Positions 1 to 12,853 of a DNA stretch of 64,000 bases are shown in pieces. Where the stretch lies: assembly GCF_018977255.1 (NCBI RefSeq), contig NW_024704743.1, positions 35,156,001 through 35,220,000 on the forward strand. The letters run 5' to 3'. Position numbers and translations under genes: made by a program. How positions within the stretch are numbered: position 1 is the stretch's first letter; the number at the start of each line of letters is the position of its first letter. Under the pieces are notes generated by a model. The model was not told the DNA's origin and made no database searches. It saw only the letters and a list, made by a program, of their open reading frames with translations. The DNA comes from Callorhinchus milii. Its lineage: Eukaryota.

Positions 1-679
1 CAAATTCATCCGATTAAAGCTGCAGTTCAGACGTACCTTCCCAATAATAGTGCAACCGGATTATTTGAAACACCCGAGGGAAATTTACAACTCCTTAACA
101 AATGTCTTTTATCATCGTTCACTCTGAAGTAGCAATGGAATTCCAATTTTTATTACCCAAACTCTAAATTTAAGGTGACTTGTTAGACCACGTGCATTTT
201 ATTAAGGTGCACATAATCAATTAACTGGCTTTAAAAAAAATACATTGTTTAGACAAATAGGCAGACATCCAATGACCCATAGGGCTTTAACATAATAGTC
301 TTGAATTGAGAGAGCATTTATCACCAAATTCCATTGAATATTACTTCCTCATTGAAAATGTGCTGCTCGTATGGGAGGCAAACAATTACTGTCCTAGTGC
401 TCCTGGAACCATACGTACTGCTCTTTCTAAATAAAAATGTGTAGGCTCTCAATACAAAATGACTTAGAACAAAAACACTGACTAACCATTTCACAAAAGT
501 TGTTTGCAATTTGGGATTATTAAGGATTTAAAAATCTGGTTCAGAAAATTGAATTGTTTCTTACAAAATAGATGTTTGTGTGATTTAACATTAAATAGTG
601 GTAGATGGGAACAACTTCCATGGAAACAGCACATAGGAAGCCAAATTTGTGTTGCACATCCCTAGTCCAGGATGACACT

Positions 680-880
680 CTCCGACTTTTCTGGTGTCCT
701 GCCCAACAATCCCCCAAATAAAGTTGCTCATTCATTTCATGGCTGTTTGTGGAACATTGCTGTGTGCAAATTGGGTACCGTATTTGCCCACAAAATACAG
801 TCCAGGGATACTTTACGGTAATCACTTTTGAGATGTTTTGACAACATGACAACACTAAATCAAATACAAGGATTATTAAT
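680..880 (+). mobile_element. Older DeuSINE 3' fragment
   Basis: GGTGTCCTGCCCAACAATCCC...GGCTGTTTGTGGAACATTGCTGTGTGCAAATTGG...AAGGATTATT. Confidence 0.75.
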
Positions 881-1032
881 ATTTTTAATGTAGTGTAAAT
901 GAAAATTGAGGTATAATTTTTGTTATTCAAGATCATCTGAGACCACAACAACAACTTGCACTTATATAGCGCCCTACATGAAGGGCAGTGTCTCAGAGCG
1001 ACACAAGTGGAGCAATGAGGTGAAAACCTCGT

Positions 1033-1362
1033 GGAGTCCTGTAGCTCAGTGGTTAGAGCACTCGCTTTGCAAGTGAGAGACCCGAGTTCAATTCCAGGCA
1101 GGTCAGGGCGAAACCTTGGGCAAGTTTCCTTACTCCACACACAGCCCTAATAATAATCCCTCCAAAACCAAAAACAATAATAAATTGGTCATTTTCATTC
1201 TACGACTGTTTGTGGGACACTGCTGTGCGCAATTGGCTGCCGCGTTCGCCCACAAATATACAGTCAATTCACTTTACAGTGTGTTCTGTGAAGCGCTTTG
1301 GGACGTCCTCCCGACGTGAAAAGCGCTATATCAAATGCAAGGATTATTATTATTATTATTAT
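1033..1362 (+). mobile_element. Young tRNA-headed SINE (short subfamily), full length
   Basis: tRNA-like head with A box (TAGCTCAGTGG), TGC anticodon-like loop and B box (GAGTTCAATTCC). This is followed by a CORE-like ACCTTGGGCAAGTT, a Deu-like GCTGTGCGCAATTGGCTGCCGCG, an L2-type stem-loop tail and (TTA)n. Confidence 0.93.
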
Positions 1363-4300
1363 AACCAGCTTCCTGCCCTAGGAAGCGAGAGCAGTGCAAA
1401 AGCTATTGAAAAAACATTGCTCTTACAACTTCCACAGGCAAGTGGAAGCCGTCACTTAGTTCTGTAACTTCAAAATAAGGACAACAAAATAGAGTAGAAA
1501 GTACAGAGGGTTTTTTCAGGTAAAAGGTTGATAGTCATGTGGAACAAACCACCAACAAAGGTGGTAGAACAAGAAATTATAAGTACTGTAGTTTCAAAAG
1601 GAAATGAACTAGAGAGGGGCTTCTGGTAATTATTAGATAATGAGCAGATGTTTCGATGGAGTTGATGGATTTATCAGCTGAAGTGACTTTTAAAACCTTT
1701 GCTCCAAAGATTGCAGAGTTTCTCAAAGCTAAATTGTTTAGTAATGGGAAGTTTTATTGTGTACTTTATTTCATCGGCCTTCTGTAACATGCTGGTATGA
1801 ATTTCTTTTAGTGCTGAGAGGGGGAAAGGAAATCTATAACAATCAGCCAAAACAGTGCAATAGACCAATACGTAATAGGCACCACGGCCTCTACTCACCA
1901 CATAATAAATTCTTTATGACTTCCCAAAGAGAAACTGCTGGAAACTCTTCACATCACTCTTTATCTATGACTTCCAAAGGTAGCTTATGTAGATAAGATT
2001 TAAAGCACGTATAGGGTCTTCAAATTGTTCACATCGTCCAGTTTGAATTCCAACTTTGCAATCCTGGACTTTCTGAAACTTGTAACGTACCACATGGTAT
2101 ATTGTACACAGCTCTACCACACTGAACTTTTAGACTGTATCTGATAAATTAAAACAGCTGAATACATTCAATATAATTTCTCTCCTTCAGTCAATAAACT
2201 CTACTGGAACTATAAAAATTCAAGGCACAGAAGGCTCATCTGCAAGAATGAAAAGACAGTTTATCACAAACATGAAAAAAACATTTAATTTCAAACATAT
2301 AAAGAAATTTCTTTATAAACATGAGGAGTGGAAGTAAATTCATGTGTGCAAACTGACTGGAATACAATTCACAGGAATTAAGATTCCATATCTCAGTGGA
2401 ACAGTTGAACACGAGTTTCTATGGTAACCTGTTCTATCTATCTACGTTCATCAAGGTACCAAGATAGATAGAACGGATTACAATACAAACTTATGTTCAA
2501 CACAACAATTGGAGCAGTGGGTTTACTGTAATCTGTTCTTTGTACTGTAATACAACGGGAACGCCCAGCTTGGTCCATTAACTTGTCTGTATCCACACAG
2601 AGGGAGTACGTTATTCCCAGTCTCAGTGAGATGCACTGGAACATTTCTGCTTAAAGAGAACAGGTCGCTTCATGTCTCAGAGAGCGAAGCTCATTACTAT
2701 TCTCTTCTGCAATTCTGCAAGTGAAGCAGTTCCAGCATAAACCCTTCCTTCACAAAGCACTGAAACAATATTCTGTAGCACTGCAGCTGGGAACAGTCTT
2801 GACATTTAAAACAAAGGCAGAAGGCTGACACAGCCGTAAAATGATCCCAGTGGAAACCTACTGGATGCACTGAGTACTGAGACACAAAAGCTCATCAAAA
2901 CCTGCCAAAACTCTCCTCCACACAAGTGAGAATCCCTAAGCCTGTCATTCTGGAGCAAGCAAAGACAAATCCTAATTAGAAATATTTATTCAATGTCAAC
3001 ACTCCAAATATGTTACATTATTTATAGCACATAATAAAATATTGTGAAAACAGGATATTAAAATGTAAAAAGTGTAAGTTTAGGAACACAGATGAACACC
3101 CTGGAACACAATCTTCCTGTTTCTTGGCAACTAGCTCAAATGAAGATTAAGTACAATCATGGAGCTGCTGCAACTCCAAATCCAATTTGTTTAGTAGCTC
3201 AATTTGTGAAACAGTAGAAAGGACAAACAAGACTGAAAACCAAACCTGTCCTCACCATTTCTGTTCCCCACTGCACACTATTTAAACTCATATTGAATGC
3301 TTTTGTGCAACAATCCTTGCATTCGTTAAAACATCAACAGTCATTGAAATGTCTCAAAGCACTTTACAGGCATTTGCTGGCACATCCAAGTGAATGTATC
3401 TGCAGGCAAACAAAACAGCCCAACAGAAAAAAAAGCTTGTAAGGGTACAAATGTGCTTCCACTCATAACCTCCCAAAGAGAAGTCAATGGTGTATGTACC
3501 TGGGCTGATCACTGTTAAATGTTATTCAATCAGATAAAGGCAGGAAACTGTGTATAGGAAGCAGAATTAAATGCACTCTATGGATAGGATACAATTTACC
3601 AATCAGGATATTTAAAGTTACGGATTAAGTAAGTATCCATATGTGCAGGGCACTCTCACATCTTGTATGAATCCAGAAAACCAATAGCAAGTTATAAACA
3701 AACTACTGACCAAGGGCCGTAAACTCTGAATGATGTGCCAGTTTCCTTATTCTAGAAGTGAGCCTATGAGAAATTAGCAGGAGGGCTGGTCCAATTTCAA
3801 GCCAGTATGCAAACTGGTTCTTTGGCCTTCATATGCAGAGGGATAATCCTGCATAATACACAACAAACATCCAACTACACTGTGTAACTACAAAGAAAGC
3901 CTCTCAGTGGCACACATTGTCCATTTAGATGGTTTATTCTGAGTCCTGTGGAAACAGGGCTAGTCACCCATTCAGACTTAATGACTCAAAAGACTTACTG
4001 AGATTCGAAAGGCCGAGATAGATGAGAAAAGCACACACACAGGTTTATCATTAGCTCAGGAAAAGAACTGCAAGATTTGGTCCTCACTGATGCAACCAGA
4101 CTGAAGCTAATCTTGTTGTGGGGGGGAGAAAGAAAAACTGGGAACCTACTAATTCTTAAGTTGAGGAAAACACTTTAACATTTACCGGATTTAGTATACG
4201 ATAGGACCTGTCAAGCAATTAAGTCAAGCATTGCCATCAACATTGAGCAGATCAAAGACCACATCAGTCTATGAAAGGAAGCACAGATCAGTAATGACCT

Positions 4301-4479
4301 CTGTGCCGTTCTCCAAAATAGCCTCCAGACTATCAAATCTACCTTTTGGTAAATCATGTCTGAACAATATCTTTTAAATCTACTGATTATTTGAGACACA
4401 CACATGCTACAACTATGTCAGTAAATAATTATAAGAACTATATACGTATGTCTACTTAACTGAGAATACGATGCAGAGA

Positions 4480-4700
4480 TTGGTGAGATTGTGTAATTCT
4501 GTTACATGCTCTAACTGAAGCAGATGCCATAGATTCTGTGAGTGGCGAGTGGATAGATTTGTGAAGAGGAATGTATCAAAGGGTATGAAGAGGCAAGAAG
4601 GAGAATGGGATTACAATGTGGTCACATATAGAAAAAACAGCAGCACACACTCGATGAGCCAAATGGCCTGTTTGTGTTCCGCAGCATTACATGATTCTCT
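4480..4700 (+). mobile_element. Old CR1 3' fragment
   Basis: GTGGATAGATTTGTG..ATCAAAGGGTATG ... GAGCCAAATGGCCTGTTTGTG, the typical CR1 terminus. Confidence 0.65.
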
Positions 4701-7640
4701 GAAGATAGTGTGCGATCATTCTGGATTCAACCACAGGCCAGGCCAAGAGGCTGGTGATTGTTTTTAAAAACAAGGTAGAAATTACCAAGGAGTTAAGATA
4801 GGATATCTACTGGGTTGCAGCAAATGAGATTCAACACAAAATAATCCAGGCGAATCCATTTACAGCACTGCCTCATTTATAGTGCAGATGCACTGTTGAA
4901 CCCGCTAATCGGGGTGTTAAGTCTGCTCCTGCGCTAGAAAACAGCTGTCTTCTAAGTCGTCAGTTCATTGCTGACATCGTTTCCTGTGAGTTGCACAGAG
5001 ATGCAGGAAGCGCCACAAATGTTACTTTGCGGAGGAAGTGACATCAGTGGTGACCCAGAAGTCAGCCATTTGTTCATGTCTTGCTTATAACCATTTTTAT
5101 AACACCCTCCCCCCATTAAGATAGATTTGTGCACGTTGAGCACAAAAAAGGACCAGGCTCGGCTCTGATACCACAGATGGTCAAACACCCTGTTGAATCT
5201 CTCTAAATACAGGCTATTTGGCTGAGAAAAACCTTCATTCTAATGCAGCTCCTGAATCATTAGATACGCTTCAGGTTTTGCTTCCGTATATATTGAAACC
5301 AAAACAAACCAATGTATTTTAAATGGATTTTGCTTAAGATATCTGAAGGTTGTGATGGTGCTTTCTAATTTCAATTACGATTCGTTTATAAATCTTGACA
5401 TCTTTTGGATTGATAAGATACGTGCTGTGTGTGTAAACAAACATTGTTTCACATTTGTTGTTGTATGCTTGGTTACCTCAAAAATCAATATAAACCTTTT
5501 AACACCGCCACTGCCCCATACACCACCAAAAAAAAAAAGCACACAAAACATTTCAGATGCACTGAAACCATAACAATCTCTGCACGGCTTGTCTTGTCAA
5601 ACTGATCACAGGCTGCAAGGCTAACAGACCTGACCTTCTGTCTCATCCCTTGATCACCCGGCCCAGACTTAATCCATACAGAACAGCACACACCTGCGTC
5701 TGCTATCGTTTAACTATTCATACCTGACTGGCACTAATAAATGTCGATCTCTAGGATCTGGTTTGGGGAGTTTTGAGCAGACGTGTCATTACTCTGAACA
5801 ATATTGACCTAAAGAAGGATTTGTAACCAAGGTCGCGTCACACAAGGAGCTTGGCTTGCACTCGACTCTCCGGTGAGACATATCAGGCAATTGATTTCAA
5901 TAAGGAGTGCTTGAAGGACATAATACAGCTTTTCTAATTGCAGCTTGGTAATTGCATGATAATTTACCTCCAAAACACAGTTACTGCACTTGGCAGCAAT
6001 TGAAATGCTGTTAAGATGTTTTGAAGTTATAAGTGCTATATCAAGTAGAAGCATTATAATGATTATTATATATGGTTTTGGTCAAGCGCTCTGAGATGCT
6101 ACCCTGTGTGAGGGGTGCTATTATAAATGTAAGTTGTTGTTGTCATCTGGGTGTCTGGCAACTGGAGGAATCTACTGCCATGCTTAATGAGTCTCCACAG
6201 TACTGAGATTTCTACATATGTATGGTTTCAGTTTGGCTGGTACGCTAAAACCGGCAAGCTTTGAGCTGTTTGTCCAGCTAGGGCCACCCTAGCTGTTAGG
6301 GCTGTTTTAACAGGAGCAGATTGGGATTAATTCCTGCCGGAACTGGTGATATGAAATCAGGGCACCAAGCATTTCCTACAGCGTACCCAATCACTATCTG
6401 TAGGTTAGCGCTAAAGTCCAGTCACATTGCCAGGACTTTTGAAACACTGTCCATGTTGCATGTGTGACAGCATCGCGTGTAAGGATATCACAACACTCTG
6501 TGCAGTGTAGAGCAAGGATTTTGTAAAACATGTACATAGCTGCGAAAAATGTTTGACTAAATTGATAGTGCAGCTGACTGCCCCACATTTCTGTAGTCGT
6601 CATGCCAGCTTACTTTGCCTCTGAGTGAGGGTTTGTTGATATGCAAACCAGGCTGTTACAGGGGGTAATGTTAACATGGAGTGGTTGCTTAATGGAGGTG
6701 ATTTCTTGAGCCGGTTTTTCTAATTATTTAGTAGGTTCACAATCATATATGAATGTGTGAGTGTGTCTCTGGCATGCGCTCATGCGAAAGGCTATGAGAG
6801 TTACTTGCTATTGCAATATGAAAGTTACGGGGAACGACTTGGGCTGAATACAAGCATTTTGCGATAATCTTCTTCACAGATCTTGGTGTGGCGAGCTGCA
6901 CAAACCATTCAAGCACTGACAGATTTTACCGGCAACACTTGCTTTGTGTAAAGCTGTGAGGCATCGTCCTTCGAGAGGATTTTTCTCATTACATGACAAC
7001 ACAAAGTAAATCTCCACCACCTTCCACCTTCCAGCCACTTGGTGTCATCAGTTCTCCATTGAGGTTATACTTCCAAACTCGTGCTCAATTCACATCAAAG
7101 CTGGGTATGCATTTTGAAACTTGATCGTACATGTTTTGTAGATCGATACTGCAAAAGTTGAGAGGTTTGTGTGTGGGGGGGGGGGGGTGCAGGAGGAGAA
7201 GAGAAAATCAGCAGCAATAAAACAATAATGTGCCATGGTGATATTTCAACACTTCAACCTCAAAAGGTAAAAAAACAGCAGCCCTGATGAGGGGTCAGCT
7301 CCTACGTGAAACTTGGTTTATAGGCAACCTGCAATGCTTAGGTTAACCGTGGGCTCTGTTGGTAATCCCATTGAGGGTGATCACTCACCCTCCTATGACT
7401 GCACTAACTTTGTGCCCTCTCCTTTGTGATTCTTCCACCCCAGTCAGGTTTCAGTTCATTTTTGGGACCCTTTAAAGGGTGCTCCAAGTCTCCACACGGA
7501 TGTTATAGGTTTCAATTCTAAGGTGAATCATTGTTAACATGTTTTGATAATGATGATTTCTCCTGACTGTCCTCAGTCTTTCAAATCTTATCCGCTTGGC
7601 TTCTTTTGACATTGTTTAAATACAGAAACTGTCTCAGCTT

Positions 7641-8047
7641 AGCCGGGCTAGCTTGGTAGCACTCCTGCCTCTGTGTCCGAACAATGTGGGTTCAAGCCCC
7701 ACTTTGGGACTTTGAGCTTTGAGTCTAGGCTGAGACTGACTGGGGGACACTGCATTGAAACCATGGTTCAGATGAGACATTTTAGACTGAGGTCCTGCTT
7801 GCCTGTTCAGAAGGAAGTTATAGATCCCATGACATTATTGAAAAGAAACTATTCCCTACTCTCCTGGCCACCAATCCTTCAGATAAATTAGCTGTTCATT
7901 TCATGGCTTTTCGCGGCAGACTGCTGTGAACAAATCCTTTGTCACATTTGCGTATATACAGAGTCACAACACTTCACAGCATTGACCTGTGCAGGATTTT
8001 GAGAAGATTTGACATTGCAAGTGCTACTTAAACTGCAATAATTATTT
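7641..8047 (+). mobile_element. Older DeuSINE, diverged
   Basis: Head TTGGTAGCACTCCTGCCTCTG...GGGTTCAAGCCCCAC, central GATCCCATGACATTATT, and tail. Confidence 0.75.
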
Positions 8048-8727
8048 ATTTATTTGTATACATATTCTATGGTCTTTGCCTACTTAACCTCGTGTTCCCT
8101 GACTATGGTATTTGATACCATTTAGTTGCCTCAATGTTCCTACATTATACATTTACCTGATGTTAGCTCTGCTGTACATCACGCTCCTGTAAAAATCAGG
8201 AAGAACCATCAGTAAGAGATGTTTGAGGGTAAGATTTTGCTGGAAAAAAAGCTGAGTTTAGGCACAAAATGCAACAAGATGTGCTGCTAGATCTAATGGA
8301 CGAGTGAGTGCATTCAGTCACACCTCACAGTCACTGGTGCGTTCACAAAAGCGACTGGTCTGGCTGATCATTGTTAATTCTGAGCCCTGTTGAAGAGGAT
8401 AGAATTGCACAGCCAATTTTTCTTTTCTTTTGACAGCAATCGATTTTTTTTTCAAGTTGATCTTAACCACTTCTGATCATGCAGAAGCACTCAGAACAGC
8501 ACCAAGTTCGACCTCTTGCAAAATTATCTCTGCATATTCCTTTCCTCAGTTAATTAGATTTCTCTCCAAAAGCAAAAAAAAACTCAAATTTCATATGAAA
8601 CATTGTTCCCATTTAAATTAGTTAAATAATGCACCAGAGGTTGTAGCATTTTACAAACAAATATGAACAAGCACTGCTGATTGATGTAACATAATGGTAA
8701 CCACCTACTTTACCACTACTTAACACT

Positions 8728-9163
8728 ATAATAATAATGCTTGCATTTGATATGGTGCCTTATCACATCGTTGAGATGTCTCATAGCGCTTCACAGAATA
8801 CACTATAAAGTGTAGTGACTGTGTATTTTGTGGGCAAAATGTGGTAGCCATTTGCGCACAGCAGTGTCCCACAAATAGTCATGGATTGAGTGACATATTT
8901 TATTTGGTGGGATTGTTGGCCAGGACACCAGGGGAGAGAGAGAAACTCTATTCTCTTTTAGAATAGTGCCATGGGATCTTTAAAGTCCACCTGAACAGGC
9001 AGACAGGAGCTCGGTTTAATGTTTCATCCGAACAACGGCACCTCCGACCAACGCTGCAAATTGAGCGTCAGCTTAGACGGCGTGATTCCAAGGCCTGATG
9101 TGGGGCTTGAACCCACAACCTTCTGACTCAGAGGCGAGAGTGCTATCAACTGAGACAGGCTGA
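8728..9163 (-). mobile_element. Older full-length DeuSINE (SacSINE1/AmnSINE1-like)
   Basis: Reverse complement has the head CTCAGTTGATAGCACTCTCGCCTCTGAGTCAGAAGGTTGTGGGTTCAAGCCCCAC, a central GGATGAAACATTAAACCGAG...AAAGATCCCATGGCACTATT, and the shared 3' tail. This matches the recalled DeuSINE consensus. Confidence 0.85.
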
Positions 9164-9954
9164 TGCACATGACTGGATCTCACATTAACACAAGCCGTTA
9201 AAGCCAGCACTTACATAAAGCCACCAAAGATTCAGGTGGGGAAACTTACACTGGTAAGGTTCACATGACTTGTTCAGCTTGGAATGTCTTATTAATTGGG
9301 GCTTCCGGACACATTTACACCTCCAAGTCTCATTTTGAGACAGACATATTTGACAACCCTCAACAAAATCTTTAATTATTGTCGATCCATTTGGCTTTGG
9401 CAAATGTGTCTTCTGGACGTTAGCTCAACTCCAGAGAGACCTTGCTCTCTGTTGGGCACTGCACTCATTTTAAGGAATTTCACAAAGGGTAGAGGAAGCC
9501 ACTTGATATTCAAACCAACAATGTCTGGTCTCAAAGGCTGTTAGCCAACCAATGAAGCTATACGTTACTCATGGAGAAAAACAGTTCCTTCACTGAAACA
9601 TGAATTGCAATATACTAAAAGAACAAATCCATCCATTCCCCTCCCACCCACCCCAGGCAAGATAGCCTGGAAAAGTCCATCTTGGGAATTTCCATGTATG
9701 GGTGGGATGCATGGAACTCTTTTTGGTTTGGATACTCCTCTAAACCGGTCTCCTCCCGACGTGAAAGGCGCTCTATAAATGAAATCTTGTTGTTGTTGTT
9801 AAGTGTGGTGATGGGTTTCGAAAGGGCGCACATACCTGGCTGACCCAAAAAATGCATTCAGTCTTCTTGAGAGGAGGCAGACTACCTTTACCCAGATCTT
9901 TACCACTGAAAGCAAGGCAATTTATTGTCTCAATATTAGAATGCAAAACAGATT

Positions 9955-10090
9955 TATATTTCATGTCGGGAGGACGTCCCAAGGCATTTAACAATAACAG
10001 CTTGGCACCTGAGCTGAGAATGGGAACCAAGGGAGGTAGGGAAAGAGAAAGATGACCGAAAGCACAGTCAAACAGGTAGGTCTTGAACCA
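9955..10090 (-). mobile_element. L2 3' end fragment
   Basis: Minus peptide FKTYLFDCAFGHL and the GGGACGTCCTCCCGACATGAA stem-loop. Confidence 0.8.
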
Positions 10091-11082
10091 CTCCCTATGG
10101 TGAAATGTTTGGCATTCATTCACACTTCCTAAACATCAGGGCTGAAACCAGGAAATCGATGTGAGGGAAAAAGATTATGCAGATTTTTTAACAAAAACAG
10201 AATTACGTGTGTGTGTGTATATAAATACAAATATATACACACACACGTGTGTTCAGAAAGTCTATCAACCTTATCTAATAGTGCCTATCGACTGGGGACC
10301 AGTTGGAATTGGGAAACTTTGAGATAATTATGCATTCGGTCTATCTCAGGAATTTCCATGTGTAGGTCGGATGCATGGAACTCTAGTTTGGATATTCTTA
10401 AGCAAGGTGATGGGGCTTCTACACGTGTTGCACACCTGGCTGCCCTAAAAAAAATCATTCAGTCTTCATCTCGTGCTTTGTGACTGTCCTTTATTCAAGG
10501 GAGAAAAAAATACATCGCTGGACAGTTCACTCCAGCCTTAATGGAACGACAGGTTTAGAGCAGCAAGTTGCATGTTTGCAATTTATTTGCAATGGGATCT
10601 TACAAATATTTCAGAACCACTTCATTCCAACCTGCTGTAGTGATGAGTAAGCCATAAATGTGAACACAATAGAAAAAAGAATCATTTCATAGGAGATAGA
10701 GGTTGCCAATAAACTGAAAACAGATTCAATTTGATCGACATTTTAAAAAAAAGGTTGTGCCATATAATAAAAATTGCATAGTTATTCTGATTAATATTGC
10801 GCAGAGAACAGAATTCAATAAGCACTCGAGACAATTGCATTTCTTGTTGAGTCAACAAAGTACAAACTAGCTACGGCATCTCAAAACCCCAAGCAATCAA
10901 GCAATAATGACATTGCCTTTTACACAGTGCAGGTATGAGCTAGCAATGTACAGCTAAATACACAGCTATGAGAGGGTTAGAAAACAGACATCAGAAGGAC
11001 CTCAGGAAATACCAACCACAACAACCAGCAAGATTCAAAGGTTTGTTTAATTACTTTAGGAAATAGGACCTACTGTTTATAA

Positions 11083-11349
11083 TTATAATAATCCTTGTAT
11101 TTGATATAGCGCCTTATCACATCGTTGAGATGTCTCAGAGCGCTTCACACAATATACCGTAAACTGGATTGACTGTGCATTTTATGGGCGAGTGATCAAG
11201 TAATTATTCATGTTGTTTTGGTGGGGGAGCTGGAATTATTACTCCCAGAAAGCAATCCACCGATTGACTAACCACTATGTTCCTACTTATTGCTCGGTAA
11301 ACAGAGGGGTGTGGAGTAAGGTAACTTGCCTAACGTTTTGCCCCGGCCG
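11083..11349 (-). mobile_element. SINE, long subfamily, head-truncated with an internal deletion
   Basis: Reverse complement shows the CORE-like segment and the 3' tail. Confidence 0.8.
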
Positions 11350-11597
11350 TATTCCTTTCAATAAATAATAATAATCCTTGCATTTGATAATTTGCTTACA
11401 TTGTGCAGGCACATAACCAGGCTGATGTAAAATTGCTGTTAGCCTTAAGACCATCGTCTAAAAATATAAGATGATACAGAATTTTGGGAAATTAATTCAG
11501 AAGCTGGTTTCCAGCAGTTCTTGTTAAAGCTTTTGAGCTAAAGATTCCACAAATGGCTTTTCTGTTATCTTGAGAAGGAACCATATCCTTTTTCTGC

Positions 11598-11725
11598 CTT
11601 CAACTCCCCTCTCGACTCTCTACCCCCTCCTCGCTCCCTCCCCTCACCATTTCCCCCCTGCTCGGGTCCCGATCTAACTGTCCTCCCGACGTAAAAGGCG
11701 CTCTATAAATGCAATCTTGTTGTTC
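11598..11725 (+). mobile_element. L2 3' UTR fragment
   Basis: Close match to 46087-46245. Confidence 0.88.
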
Positions 11726-12678
11726 TGAGGATGGAAGTGTCTGAAAACTAGAGAGCAGAAAGTGGAAGTTAACTTGAGGCCTTTCTGTGGTGAATCCGAG
11801 GACCAACCAAATGCAAATTGTCAATGGAGGGCAACGGCAAAACATTCATCACCTGTGACAACGATTAGGATCTTCTGAAAATATTAATCAGACGGCCCCA
11901 TCTTTACAAAATTTCCTTGTAAGACTGACAAGCCGAGTGACGTAGATATTACAATTTTGGTTTAAAGATATTACAATTTAGGTTTGTACATAGGCAGCTT
12001 TTACCCACTTTGAATCCAACTATCCAATTAATAGCCTCCCTGAAGGAAGCTGACAGAGCTTTGGAGGACAATTAAGTGCAATAGTCCCGAGTGCTGAACG
12101 AGACAGCGTTTATGGATAAAGAACTAGACAAAAGACAATGCATGCTTAAGTAGACTGGTGCTGAGGGAAGCATCACTGAGTAATATCAGGGCAATTTCTT
12201 GAAATGGGTTCAGCGCTAGTTCTTCTCCTCGGCTGCAGCTACAGGAAACTGCAGACTTTTTTCCTGCAAATATTTCAGATTTTTTTACCCTTTAATCTTT
12301 TGTTTCTGATACAAACAAAAATGGGGTAGGACCCCATTTCACTGCGAAATATAGAAACATTGGCACCACAGTTCAAATCATGTTAATTCAACTGCAGCAA
12401 CTAGCTCATCCTCAGGGTTAACTACGATGACCACCAACAGCAAAATAAAAACACAGTTTGAAGAAACTTCAAACGATGCCACCTCTACTTACTACGAAGA
12501 ACACAGGATCGAGTGCAGTTGAAGACAATTTACAGTTTAAATTACATTGATGAATTATTGAAAAATTTGCTGAACTATCAAACACTGCAACCACTCCAGA
12601 TGTTACTGCCTAACTACATTTATGCTTTATGCTAGAATATAAAGTTCAAAAGGCAACAAATCTCAGCAACTGAAAATA

Positions 12679-12853
12679 CAATCAAACCTGTTCAAACAAC
12701 CACCTCCATTCAGCAACAACCCCTCATAACAATCACCTTGGAACAGGCCCTTTCAGTGTGTGATCCCATAAACAAATCCTTATTCCAAGGCCCCTTACAT
12801 AAAGGCAACTTTGGCCCAGTACCCTGAGAGGTTGCAGACTACAGGTTTGACTG
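12679..12853. mobile_element. MITE-like element (Tc1/pogo type)
   Basis: Terminal inverted repeats CAATCAAACCTGT / ACAGGTTTGACTG (12 of 13 match). TA on the left and CA on the right, possibly a decayed TA target duplication. Confidence 0.6.

Noticed and set aside
37..125. Minus-strand segment bounded by TTCAG| and |GTACGT
   Set aside because: It gives an immediate stop in the LYRM4 frame and no recognisable peptide. Splice-like motifs are common by chance.
1033..1105. tRNA-Ala(TGC)-like sequence (also at 56095-56165, 62951 and others)
   Set aside because: These are SINE heads continuous with a SINE body and tail, not standalone tRNA genes.
1210..1467. Recurrent ORF MWD(T/I)AVRNWLPRSPTNIQSIHF... 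(also 55809, 57294)
   Set aside because: Translation of multicopy SINE sequence; not a gene family.
2438..2644. TDKL in a minus ORF as possible LYRM4 exon 3 (human ...LYSTDKLIIE)
   Set aside because: The surrounding residues do not match V.IGQLY and there is no suitably placed acceptor. Exon 3 is probably outside the window.
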